Below are positions 27,766 through 37,990 of a stretch of DNA of 45,261 nucleotides, one piece after another. Position 1 is the first letter of the stretch; every line of letters starts with the position of its first letter. A model generated the notes under the pieces. The model worked only from the letters and a program-made list of their open reading frames with translations, was not told the origin of the DNA and did no database searches. Source of the stretch: a bacterium (lineage in GTDB: Bacteria; Margulisbacteria; Marinamargulisbacteria; SXXA01); contig JAGYJO010000001.1 in assembly GCA_018402095.1 (NCBI GenBank), positions 1 through 45,261 on the forward strand. Reading direction: 5' to 3'. Both the position numbers and the translations under genes were made by a program.

Positions 27766-27877
27766 TATACCCATTCAAAATAAAACCTGGACCGAGGACT
27801 TTCCAAGTCGCTATGGTCACATATAAAGAATACTCCGTCACGATTTGAAACCCATATTTTATTTTGGAACGGGTATA
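27766..27877. mobile_element. MITE (112 bp), same family as 16243..16358.
   Basis: tatacccattcaaaataaaacc...ggaccgaggactttccaagtcgctatggtcacatat...attttattttggaacgggtata. Confidence 0.8.
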
Positions 27878-28749
27878 CAAATCCAGTTATCAAAAAAACA
27901 AAAGAAATTGCAGTTTTTTTTAACGTTTATTAACAGGCTATCCCACAACGCAATCCCATTGCAGATAATGCGCGTGTTGCTGCGTCTTCAGCGATTGTCA
28001 AGCGTCAGTGTTTGCCTGCCACTGTTGTCGGGAGCCTCATCGCCATTGGCCCATGATCGTCGCCATCCAGTTCGGTATGGCGTTCCAAATCGGGGTTGTA
28101 AGGGAGCGACGCAGCAAGGATCTGTTTCGTAGTGGTGTTTGACCGATGCACGAACATGTCGGGATGACATCTTACGCGACCCAATGCAAAGGCCGCGGCA
28201 ATCGCTGGCTGTGATCCAGACTGCTTACGATGTCCCATATTGGTCAATTGATGTTTTTGCGGCTTCAGGCTTCCGTTTTCTCTGTGACAGTAAACGAAAC
28301 GCCTTGGCAATTCGGCCAACATCGATGATAGGGGTGGTGTTGGCGCCCATTGTATACCTCAGCGTCGACAAAATTAAATGGCTGGTGGCCACCATCAGTA
28401 GTGTCGGATTCTTCTGCCGGACAATTTCATTAATCATTCGACGGGCTTGGGTATGTGTCGGCAGGAATCCACGGAACCGTGACACATGTTATGTGTGTTG
28501 CAGTGACTTAGGAGAAACATAAATCCCAAACCAGACGATGCAGTGTTTCCACCGTTGTTGGAGGTCTGAGGTTTGTTAGCTGCGTACATGGGGTGGGTTT
28601 GTGAGCGTGGTAGAGGCTCTAATTTGCACACAGGAGGCTGTTTGTTTTGGGGTTCCTTATTGGTGTAATGCACATTAGTATAATCTGTTTTTTTTGAGTT
28701 GGGAGTCCCAAATCACCCGTCGTTTGCTGCAAAACCTTCTGGCAGAGGT

Positions 28750-29035
28750 AACAGGGATTCAAAGGGCGTCAGCCCTTTGTAAATCTCTGGCTGGGGGCAG
28801 AGCCCCCGAAAAACATTATTCGCTCCAGCTTCGCTAGGCAGATATGAGTTAATAAAGGGCTTCGCTGGTCCACAAGGGTTTCTCCTCCGAAGGTGGGGGG
28901 CTTTGCGACGTAACCGGAATCCATAAACTGTAAGGAGGAAAAAGGCGTACACGGGAGGTGCGCTGTCAGAGATCTGGCCACGGCCAGCTGAATCTGCCAA
29001 GGCAGATTTATGAGAGTAGATCCCTATTAGCCCCC
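28750..29035. repeat. Family C element (~285 bp), apparently full length.
   Basis: It shares with 37638..37913 the blocks ccccgaaaaac, cagcttcgct, taaagggctt.gctggtcc, ggctttgcgacgtaaccggaatcc, ctgtaagga, gctgaatctgcc(c)aaggcagatttatga, and atccct.ttagcccc. Confidence 0.75.
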
Positions 29036-29151
29036 TGGCCTGGTAAACTGGTTACCGTCGTTTACCTATATGTATATATCTACTGTTAACTGGTCGCCAA
29101 TCGATAGCGGTGTCGGTTTGCCGGTGAATGGAAGTGGAAAGGAGGTCGACG

Positions 29152-29921
29152 ATGATCAGAGGTGCTGATCGCTATATTCGCTATTTTCAAAAAAGTATGC
29201 GATGGTTTCATTCCTTAATATTGTGGCTAGTCTTGTCCTCACAGGATGGCTTTTGATATCTGTGCCACTCAGGCATCTTGGTTCTAGTTATGTCTATATG
29301 ACCCCCAATACAGCGATAGGCATCCATCTTTGTGGTGCGATTCTTTGGCTCTCTGTGCATTGGATTGTCGCGTACGATTATGCGACGATTGGCGCAACTG
29401 GGCGCTGCTTTGTTTGTGCTGTTGTCTTTTGGGGCTCTTTGGTCACTATCTGGTATGCCCTGATTGGGGCTTGTCTGACTTTATTATTTTATAGCCTGCT
29501 TCGGTATCCCTGCGGATATGAGCGGGCAGGTTTCGCCACCGACAGCCATGTCTTTTGTTTTCTTTAGGGAACCTCTCCTTTGGCCAACCATCACGCAACA
29601 GACGCTGTCATTACTGAGTCACAACCCTTGGTTTTGATCATTATGTTTTATCTGTTTAGTGATGGCGATTTTGGCTATGTGTATGGTGTTTTGTTGTTTG
29701 TTCGGTGTCTGCATTTGACAGGTATGGCCATTCCTTTTGGCTATCTCTTTGCTCTGTGCCTCTATCAGGGTTTGTGCCCATCCGACTCAGGACTGTTTGC
29801 GCTTGGTGTTGAGCAAAAGAGGTTGGGTGGCAAAGTTTTCGTCGTACAGCGCCTTTTGCAGTACTGGTTCCCTTCATTTTTTAGGTGGGCAAGTCTGTCA
29901 ACATCGACTTGGTGTTTTTGA
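29152..29921 (+). pseudogene. Frameshifted N-terminal membrane sensor region of the histidine kinase.
   Basis: An AGGAGG SD precedes the ATG at 29152 (MIRGADRYIRYFQKS). Hydrophobic sensor segments then follow in different frames: MVSFLNIVASLVLTGWLLISVPL...YMTPNTAIGIHLCGAIL (29202..29567), then ...GMAIPFGYLFALCLYQG...LGGKVF (29580..29921), then the frame of 29737..31533. Confidence 0.55.
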
Positions 29922-31533
29922 CTCAAATTCACAGGTAGCTTTTTTTCTTCTTATTTATGTGTGTTTACTGTTGGTTTTGTTGTACTGGACAGCTTCTGAG
30001 ATCAATCACGTTGAGAAAAAACGGTTTGAAATAGAAATTCAGCACAATCTGGCATTGTCTGCGGCCTCCGTCGGTACATGGTCCTGGGACTTAGAGCTGG
30101 ATAAGCTATCTTTTGATGCGCATGTGCAGATGCTGTTTGGGTTGCAAGGAAACTCGTTTTCCAGCAATTTGGCGGGTTTTTTGGCTTTGGTGCACCCGGA
30201 CGATCGTGAGTCTGTGGGCAATGTCCTCATGTCTGTTCGTGATGGGGCCCAAGATTATCATCTGTCTTATCGGGTGAATTTACCTGATGGGGGACTCCGT
30301 ATTGTGGAAGCCAGAGGCAAACGTTATCCAAATTATTCAGGTCGAGGATCCCGGTTGGTGGGTGTTTGTTTTGACATTACGGAGCGTACATTGCCTGAAG
30401 ACCGTATCCGTGATCTTCTGGTATATCAAGAAACACTGATTGATGCGGCCGGTTATTCTGTGATTTCGACGGATGTGTCCGGTGTTATTAAGGTGTTTAA
30501 TCCAAAAGCGTCGTCGATGTTGGGTTATTCTGAAGAAGAAATGGTGGATAAACAGACACCCGCACTGATTCATTCTGGTGATGAGGTGGTGGCCCGTGCC
30601 GCACAGTTTTCCGAAGAATTGGGTGTGTCCATTACACCGGGTTTTGAGGTTTTTGTGGCCAAATCCAATTTGAATTTGCCCAATACCCATGAATGGACCT
30701 ATGTGCGAAAAGACGGCAGTACTTTTCCTGTTTTGTTGACGGTGACGGCATTGCGAGACCATACGGATACCATTATTGGTTATTTGGGTTTGGCTTCTGA
30801 TATTTCAGTTTTGAGCGCGGCGCGAGAAGAGTTGAAGCGATCCAATCAAGAGTTGGAACAATTTGCCTATGTGGCTTCGCATGATTTGCAGGAACCCTTA
30901 CGGATGGTGGCGAGTTTTTGTCAGATTTTGGACAAAAAGTACACGCATGTCTTGGATGAAGATGGCAAAGAATATATCCATTTTGCGGTAGATGGTGCGA
31001 AGCGCATGCAGGGGCTTGTAGATGCCTTGTTGCGTTATGCACGGGTGGGCAAAAAAGATGTTGTCTTGAGTGCTGTGGATTTGAATCAGGTTTTATCGGA
31101 AATTCAGCGTGATTTGAGTGCGGTTATCCAAGAAAATGCTGTTGTTTTGGAGATCGGTGAATTGCCGACTATTCTGGCGAATCATTTGCAGATGTATCAG
31201 TTGTTTCAGAATTTTGTGACGAACGGGATCAAGTTTAGGGGTGAAAAATCGCCGCTTATTCGTATTGCCGCAGAGTGCAATAATGGGCTTTGGACTTTTG
31301 CTGTGTCAGACAATGGTATCGGCATTGATGAGGCGTATTTTTCGAAAATATTTGTTATCTTTCAAAGGTTGCATGGCAAAGATGCGTATCCGGGGACAGG
31401 TATAGGTCTATCTTTGTGCAAAAAAATCGTAGAAAATTTTGGGGAACGATTAGGGGTGACATCTAAGAGTGGAATTGGGGACCACTTTTGTACACATTAC
31501 AGGCAGAGGAGCTATTGGTATGAGGCCTATTGA
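29737..31533 (+). CDS. PAS-PAS-HisKA-HATPase sensor histidine kinase (the cytoplasmic portion is an intact ORF).
   Basis: Two PAS-like modules (WSWDLELDKLSFD...; LIDAAGYSVISTDVSGVIKVFN...), the H-box FAYVASHDLQEPLRMV, the N-box NFVTNGIKF, and the G-boxes SDNGIGID and GTGIGLSLCKKIV. Confidence 0.85.
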   Translation: MAISLLCASIRVCAHPTQDCLRLVLSKRGWVAKFSSYSAFCSTGSLHFLGGQVCQHRLGVFDSNSQVAFFLLIYVCLLLVLLYWTASEINHVEKKRFEIEIQHNLALSAASVGTWSWDLELDKLSFDAHVQMLFGLQGNSFSSNLAGFLALVHPDDRESVGNVLMSVRDGAQDYHLSYRVNLPDGGLRIVEARGKRYPNYSGRGSRLVGVCFDITERTLPEDRIRDLLVYQETLIDAAGYSVISTDVSGVIKVFNPKASSMLGYSEEEMVDKQTPALIHSGDEVVARAAQFSEELGVSITPGFEVFVAKSNLNLPNTHEWTYVRKDGSTFPVLLTVTALRDHTDTIIGYLGLASDISVLSAAREELKRSNQELEQFAYVASHDLQEPLRMVASFCQILDKKYTHVLDEDGKEYIHFAVDGAKRMQGLVDALLRYARVGKKDVVLSAVDLNQVLSEIQRDLSAVIQENAVVLEIGELPTILANHLQMYQLFQNFVTNGIKFRGEKSPLIRIAAECNNGLWTFAVSDNGIGIDEAYFSKIFVIFQRLHGKDAYPGTGIGLSLCKKIVENFGERLGVTSKSGIGDHFCTHYRQRSYWYEAY

Positions 31534-31948
31534 AATTTTGTTGGTAGAAGACAATTTGGGAGACATTCGTCTGACATTGGATGCCTTTAAAGATGCGCGT
31601 GTTGCGAACGTCATTCACGTGGTCAAAGATGGGGCGGCTGCGATGTCCTACCTTTTGCAGACGGGTGATTACGTAGATGCGGTTCGACCAGATATTGTGT
31701 TGTTGGATCTCAATCTTCCCAAAAAGAATGGGCGAGAGGTGCTGCAAGAAATCAAAACCAATGAGCAGCTCAAGCGTATTCCTGTCGTGATATTGACGAC
31801 ATCTGAAGCGGAAGAAGATATTGATATGGCCTATGGTCAGCATGTCAATTGCTTTATTCGTAAACCGGTTGATTTTCATGCGTTTATGGAGATCATCAAG
31901 CAGATAGAAACGTTTTGGCTGACCATTGTGCGGTTGCCCCATGTCTAG
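31520..31948 (+). CDS. Single-domain response regulator (CheY/Rcp1-like receiver).
   Basis: The ATG at 31520 overlaps the kinase stop by 14 nt. Motifs: MRPIEILLVEDNLGDIRL, PDIVLLDLNLPKKNGREVL, IPVVILTTS, FIRKP. Confidence 0.85.
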   Translation: MRPIEILLVEDNLGDIRLTLDAFKDARVANVIHVVKDGAAAMSYLLQTGDYVDAVRPDIVLLDLNLPKKNGREVLQEIKTNEQLKRIPVVILTTSEAEEDIDMAYGQHVNCFIRKPVDFHAFMEIIKQIETFWLTIVRLPHV

Positions 31949-32315
31949 TGAGCGGAAGACGGTTCTGGTCTTGGATGATGATCCTGCGTTGTTGATGATT
32001 GTCAAATATGCGTTGGCTGATTTGTTGGGCCAGATTTCATTTCATACGTGTACGCGGATTCATGAGGGGTTGCGGGATTTGAATCCAGATGTGGTCGTGT
32101 CGGATATTCATTTTCCACGTATTTATGGTGAAGAAACCGTCCGTGTATTGCGGACATTTTTCCCCAAAATCCCGATGGGTATTATGTCCGGTGTGACGCC
32201 ATTGCAATTGCCAGATTTGATTGCGACGTATCGCATCGAATTTATTTCAAAGGACAATTTACTGGGAGAGCTGGGTCCTTTTGTTTCCAGTTTATTGGCG
32301 CAATCGACAACTTAA
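31941..32315 (+). CDS. Receiver-like domain protein (divergent).
   Basis: The ATG at 31941 overlaps the previous stop by 8 nt. Motifs: KTVLVLDDDPALL, PDVVVSDIHFP, IPMGIMSG. The acidic pocket is present, but the remaining receiver motifs are weak. Confidence 0.55.
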   Translation: MSSERKTVLVLDDDPALLMIVKYALADLLGQISFHTCTRIHEGLRDLNPDVVVSDIHFPRIYGEETVRVLRTFFPKIPMGIMSGVTPLQLPDLIATYRIEFISKDNLLGELGPFVSSLLAQSTT

Positions 32316-33516
32316 CTGTTTGCCAGCTCCAAATAAATACGAATGCTAAATATATTTCCCTTTTCCGTGTCGTGTGCAAAGTGCAACTGGCCTTGCATCA
32401 TTTCTGCCAATTTTTTGGAGAGGGTTAATCCAAGACCTGCTCCCTGGAATTGGTAGGTTTTGTCTCCTCCTTGAATAAAAGGCGCCATAAGTTCCTGTGC
32501 TGTTTCTTCGGAGATAGCGGGACCTGTATTGGCAACTTCGAACGTTAGCTCGACAGTATTTTCGGTGCTTGGTTTGGCGGCGAATCTCACGGAAACGATA
32601 CCGAATGGTGTGTAGGTGGACGGCTGTATATCTTTTCGAGAAGTGTTTGACCATTTGAGGACCATGGTAGGTGTCTCTTTTGCATTACCTGTTAGGTGTC
32701 TTGGATACGATTGCAGATTTGAGGGTGACGTTACCGGTGATTTGGTGACCGTTTGTGCGTAAGGTCATCAGTCTCTTTTTGTAGGGTTTTTGTATCAAGG
32801 GTTTGTTGATCAAACGACTACCGTCTGATTGTGTCAGGTGTAGTCCAAATACAGATTCAGAAAATGGTGAATTTGGATGCTGGACTCTGAATGATCCCAA
32901 ACAATAGCGCCACATCGTCGGCCAAATCGCGGCTTTCGAGGAGTTGTATGGCGCCCAAAATGCCGGTGAGTGGGGTGCGCACTTCATGGGTGATGTTGCG
33001 AATGAAATTTTCCCGTATATGGAGATGTTTGATCAATTCTTTTTGGCTATCTGCCAGGTCTTGTGTGCGTTCTAGGACTTTGTTTTCCAATGCTTTGTTG
33101 AGTGTCGTGATTTTGTGGTTGGCTGTATCCAACCGTTGCAAAATGGCATAACGTTCCAATGAAAACAGAATGCTTTTCTCCAATATGCGTTCATCGAATT
33201 CCCCTTTTCGCAAAAAGTCTTGAAATCCTTGCTGGATGCTGCGAAGTGCGATGTCCTGATTGTTGTGACCGGTGAGGACGATGATGGGGATGTTCTTGGC
33301 CATTTTGGAGACGATCTGAAGTGTGTCTGTGTCCAAAGAGTCGGGAAGATTGAGGTCCAATAGCATCATGTCTGGTGTTTGGTGGTTGACCACGATTGGG
33401 CTTCTGTGAGAGATTCGCAAAAGTGTGGGGTGACGGGTGTTTTGAAGGCTTGGATATATCGGCTGATGATTTCGGTCTGCGGGGTTGTCTTCCACGATTA
33501 AAATGGTTTTTTTCAT
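32312..33516 (-). pseudogene. Receiver-HisKA-HATPase hybrid kinase, frameshifted.
   Basis: Motifs: MKKTILIVEDNPAD..., MMLLDLNLPDS, IPIIVLTGH, a coiled linker, the H-box ITHEVRTPLTGILG (ORF 32857..33852), and after frame changes the HATPase end FEVANTGPAISEE...GAGLGLTLSKKLAEMMQGQL (ORF 32312..32665). Confidence 0.7.
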
Positions 33517-34245
33517 GAAAAAATCTCCTGTTCTTGGGGTATCGTAAAGTAGATCGTGGTGCCTTCCCCAGGTGTCGATTGGAGATACATTTTCCCCCGA
33601 TGGACTGTGATGATCTGTTTGGCGATGAGGCCCTACCCCATCATCCTGTACTGCGATTTGGGATGCAATTGTCTGAACAGCGTACCTATTTCTAGATGGT
33701 TTTTTCTGGGATGCCGATGCCGTTGTCTCGCACAAAAAGGCTGTTTCTTGGTCAATCGTGGTGCTGCCAATTTGGATACTTGGCTTATCTTGGGTCCTGA
33801 ATTTGATGGCATTTGAGATGAGGATTTTGAACAGCGTGCTTATTTTGTCCACATCACAGATTAGATTGGGAGATCTGCTTGGATGCTGATATCGCTATTG
33901 GTGAGGGTTTCGTTATTCCTTAATGGTCCTTGACGATTTCCTGCAGTGAGGCTAGTTGAAAGTGTGGTGGCGTGGTCCAGTTGTGTCCGACTTGCAATAG
34001 CCCTTGGAGTAGTGTTTCCAGTGATTGTGCTGCTTTTGGATTTCTAAAGTATGGTCTTTGCTATCGCTGTTGAGAGTTGGGTTGTCTTTGTCTAAAAAGG
34101 TTGAAAACGTCAGAATGTTTCGGATAGGGGAGCGTACATCATGTGCGATGGTGTGCAGTGATTTCTCAAAATCTTGCGGTGTTGTGCTTGTTTTTAGCGC
34201 GATGGGATAGGGTAGGGCGTCGCTGGTATAATTTAGGTTCATCAT
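33513..34245 (-). pseudogene. Short HisKA-HATPase histidine kinase, frameshifted.
   Basis: The motifs lie in three frames, with at least one in-frame stop: H-box HTIAHDVRSPIRNIL, AAQSLETLLQGLLQV, N-box LFKILISNAIKF, AFLCVRDNGIGIP, and IAKQIITVHRGKMYLQSTPGEGTTIYFTIP. The stop overlaps the next gene's ATG (ATGA). Confidence 0.65.
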
Positions 34246-34370
34246 CGTTGGTCGGTGATGTGCTCAAAATACCCCCTTAAAATGGCGTCTTCATAATGAG
34301 CTAGTTTAACAGTTTGTGGAAGACATGCCAGACCCTTGTGGATGAGACATGATATTCTTTTTTTCCTGCC

Positions 34371-34447
34371 GGGCGGTTAGCTCAGATGGTTAGAGTACTT
34401 GCTTGACATGCAAGAGGTCGTTAGTTTCGATTCAATACCGCCCACCA
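34371..34447 (+). tRNA. tRNA-Val (anticodon GAC), CCA encoded.
   Basis: Hand-folded cloverleaf:
- Acceptor stem GGGCGGT/ACCGCCC.
- D arm GCTC..GAGT.
- Anticodon stem CTTGC/GCAAG with loop TTGACAT.
- 5-nt variable loop.
- The T arm GTTAG-TTTCGAT-TCAAT has an A:C mismatch and an atypical loop. Confidence 0.8.
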
Positions 34448-34568
34448 TTATTCTTCAGGTTTTTACGTTCAAGACAGGTTTTGATTCCAATGAAACTGGT
34501 GAATTTCTAGGGTTTTTGTTTTTCATAGCAGTGTACCGCTTCTTTTCGAGACCGTCTGATGCTGTTGA

Positions 34569-35300
34569 CTATTGTTTAGCCGTATTGGTCTTATCCCCAT
34601 CACCAAAAAGATGAACCTGAACATCGGCTAATTCATCAAGCATGACGGTGCCATGTTTGATTTTGAGCGCTAAAACATATATCACCATCATCTGAAATGA
34701 AATGTAAATGGAATCCCAGTACAATGACTTCCCGAGGTAAGCGGGGATGTAATAACAAATAATGTGCCAGTGATATCTTTTTCTCAAAAATGGATTGATC
34801 GTAGATGGCGTCCTTTAATGAGGGGTATGGTTTGGTTTTGTGTTTTGGACTTCGTAATGTGATGGCTGGCAGCACATCTTGGCGATTTAGTGCGGTAAAC
34901 CGGTTTGGATACTCAGTGCGCGGTTAATGTTGCTTTCAATGCGTCAAAATCTTCAATCTTAGAAATCTTGTGTCGTGTCTGTATGAAAAAAAATGGACGG
35001 AGGCATAGGGTGTTATTTGGGTGGGCAGTGGCTCTGAAATGAGTGCCATCGGATTTACTTAGTAAAATTCCCATTCGGCAGCCATTTCACCATCGATTTT
35101 ATCAAAAGTGCCAAGTCCAAAATCGCCATATTGTTTCACTTCCCGCATAGGACATCTTGTCCATCATAAGCGCCTTGAATAAGCGGTGCAGGTGCGATCT
35201 GATGCAGGATGTTGATGTTTTTCGTTTGGCAAGCGCTTAATAGGGTGATCAGTAAAATGCCAGTAGCTAGCTGTATTAAGCGTGTGTGTTGGTTGTTCAT
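34569..35300 (-). pseudogene. alsD: Alpha-acetolactate decarboxylase (AlsD/BudA-like) with a lipoprotein signal, frameshifted.
   Basis: Motifs are spread over three frames: ATG at 35300 giving MNNQHTRLIQLATGILLITLLSAC..LIQGAYDGQ; then VKQYGDFGLGTFDKIDGEMAAEWEFY; KPYPSLKDAIYDQSIF; VLGFHLHFISDDGD; HGTVMLDELADVQVHLF. Confidence 0.7.
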
Positions 35301-35601
35301 TGTTGAATGGTTTCATTATTTTCTTTTGCGAGAGCAAGAGGGGGGCGCTTCGTGGGAACAGAACCACCCCGTCACCTGCAGTGACACCCCCTTATAAAGG
35401 AGGCTTTTCCGAAGGCACCTCAACTTCCCAAAGAAGACAAGTTCTTCAGGGACGGCCCTTCGGCTACTCTCAGGGACCAGCGATAGCCCCCGCACCCCTC
35501 GTGTAGAAATCGATTACACAGCGAACCTTGTGACTTTGTACCTGTAGCCGATTTATGGCATGATATCTCCAAAATCACTCTACCAAATCAGGAGTATCAC
35601 T

Positions 35602-36290
35602 ATGGGCCGTATGTTCGAAAAAAGAAAACACAAAATGTTTGCGCGTTATGCCAAGATGGGCCGCGTTTTTGCCCGTATTGGGAAAGAGGTCGCGGTTGCG
35701 GTCAAACTGGGTGGGCCTGATCCCGATGGCAATCCGCGCTTGCGTATGGTTTTGGCCAAAGCACGGACGGCAAATATGCCGAAACAAAACGTGGACTCGG
35801 CTATCAAGCGTGCGGTGAGCAAAGGGGATGGCGATCTCGAAATGTTAGCCCATGAGGAAAGGCCCTCACGGCATTGGTCATGATGAAACGGCGACCAATA
35901 GCAACCCGTACGGTGGGAAATCTACGGGCTATTTTAATAAAGGTGGCGCTTTGGGGACCAAAGGGTCGATGACATTTCTATTCAGGCTGAGGAGTACAAG
36001 TAGCGATTCAGAAGGTGATTTGGATCGGAATTTGAGTTCAAATGATTAGTCATGGTGCCGAAGAAATCAATCGTGATGAGGCTATCTATATGCGACATCG
36101 TTTGAAGATTTTTGGCCGTATGCAAAAGCATTGGAAGACCAGGAGTTGTACGATTTTGCATGCAGAACTCACCAGAGAGCCAACCACGACGATGCAATTG
36201 AATGATGAGCAAGAGGCTGAGTTTAATGCCTTGCTCGAGCTCATCGAAGATGACGATGATGTGACGAATGTGTTTACGACACTGGCCTAG
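35602..36290 (+). pseudogene. yebC: YebC/PmpR-family protein, frameshifted.
   Basis: The sequence starts intact as [71 protein letters not shown]. The middle is out of frame. The C-terminus resumes in ORF 36042..36290 (...LNDEQEAEFNALLELIEDDDDVTNVFTTLA). Confidence 0.7.
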
Positions 36291-37637
36291 ATTGTTTTGG
36301 GATAGCGGATTGCTCCCTAAGGTCCCAAAGGGGCTCCTGTAATCGCTTCAAAAGTCCCATGTTTTGGATGACATGATTGAAACATCGTACCCAATGCAGG
36401 TTTATTTTCCCTAAGGGTCGGAGAAGAGTGGAATTATTATGAATGCAAGGTAAATCATCTATTTTAGTCATAATATCTTTGGTTGAGACAGACTGGCGCC
36501 AAAGTGGCATCGCCAAAGTTCCCTCCATGTCTGTTTCTGAAGGTCTAATTATGTTGCAAACGGGTAAGGCTGATAAGACCACAGACCCTGCTGTGGAGTT
36601 CAAAACAAGATAATCCAACTACGTGCAGAGTGACATGGACGACCGCTGAATCAGAAGAGGCCGAGGGGAAGGAGTAAACCTGCCAAAACTGGTCGCTCTT
36701 GTAGATGATGTCGTGTCTATGGATTCTCCACCGCATGTGCAGGTGGGCAGTAAACGTCATTCTCAATGAAGCTATTTGGTAGGCTCTGATTCAGTAGCGT
36801 CTCATTGTCCTTCATTTTGTCTCAGAGTTTACAATTATGCTCAAGATAACCCCGGCACGGCAAAAACAGCTATTCTCGAGATGCCTTGAGGGTCACCTTG
36901 TCAGCTTACCCGTGTTGACTACCCTTGATGGGTCCTATGACTCCGTCAGGCGCCGAAAGCGCAAACCCATTTTGAAGGTACGCTGGTGAAAACTATGGCC
37001 TGCAGATTGGTGATGGTCTGGTAGATCGCGTATATCTTCGACAAAGACCGTTCTGGAGGGCCCGTATATCCCGGCTGATATGACGGGAGGTGGTCTCACA
37101 TGCCAGCCACAGTATTGTCTGGTGGCAATACAAACCCCTACTTCTCGGAGAATAGTTTGACATTTTGCAGGAAGAGATACATAAGGTGAAGCTTTGGACC
37201 CCAGATAACGCGACGTATGACCTATGAAAATTTTGAAAAAAATGATTTGAAATTGAATCTGGGTGGAGATGGTCCACTCAGAATACCTATACGGTTTTGG
37301 GGCTGCCTACAAACGTGGATTCTGGAAGATTGTCGAAACTCTCGAATCACCATCGGGGTATGTTGACGCTAATTCTGATAGCAAAGGTCAAACTCATGTA
37401 TTCCAGAATTACGCTTTTCAATTACAGACGTCTGAAGGTAAAGCTGTCTATGATTTATATTTGCAAGAAAGGGCGCGCCGGGTGCAGTACACAGGCTCAG
37501 AGAAAATGGGGTATCTGAGGCCGGATTACGGTGATTTTGGTACCGCACAGGGGTATTCCGCTTTGGGGCTTTGCGTCATTGCATCACGAAGCGATGGATG
37601 CAATTCAGGTAGGGGTGTCCGTAATCGATTCCCTAGA

Positions 37638-37913
37638 GGGGCGACACTTTGGCTGCGCTCAGTGACCCTAAAACCCCGAAAAACTGCTTTCGCTCAGCTT
37701 CGCTGAGCAAAGTGGAAGGATTAAAGGGCTTAGCTGGTCCCTGCAGAGGCATCTCGGAAAGTGAGGAGGCTTTGCGACGTAACCGGAATCCGCCGACTGT
37801 AAGGAAAGAAGCCAATCACATTTTTCCCAGGAGGTGTACGCTGTATCAGAGATAGTAGGCTGACCAGCTGAATCTGCCCAAGGCAGATTTATGAAGGTGA
37901 ATCCCTTAGCCCC
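37638..37913. repeat. Family C element (~275 bp), apparently full length.
   Basis: See 28750..29035. The 24-nt core ggctttgcgacgtaaccggaatcc is identical in both copies. Confidence 0.75.
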
Positions 37914-37990
37914 ATAAGCGTGAAACGCTTACGGGTATTTGGCCACAGAGTCATGACTTCTCAGGTAGAAAAGCCACTATTCTTGTGATT

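Noticed and set aside
27950-28520. Minus-strand coding-like fragments (NPTLLMVATSHLILS, MGHRKQSGSQPAIAAAFALG) that might be an alpha/beta-hydrolase or methyltransferase remnant.
   Set aside because: The motifs are too degenerate and frame-scattered to assign a family. It is probably another pseudogene, but I cannot support a call.
34448-35300. An integrase or genomic-island junction expected next to the tRNA-Val gene.
   Set aside because: Translation of all frames shows a decayed alpha-acetolactate decarboxylase, not a tyrosine recombinase. No direct repeat of the tRNA 3' end was noticed.
36291-37706. Several 70-150-aa ORFs on both strands (36274..36618, 36545..36766, 36993..37277 minus; 37263..37706 plus).
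   Set aside because: I recognise no motifs in any of them. The plus-strand ORF runs into a family C repeat at its 3' end. They could be remnants or a small novel gene, but the evidence is insufficient.
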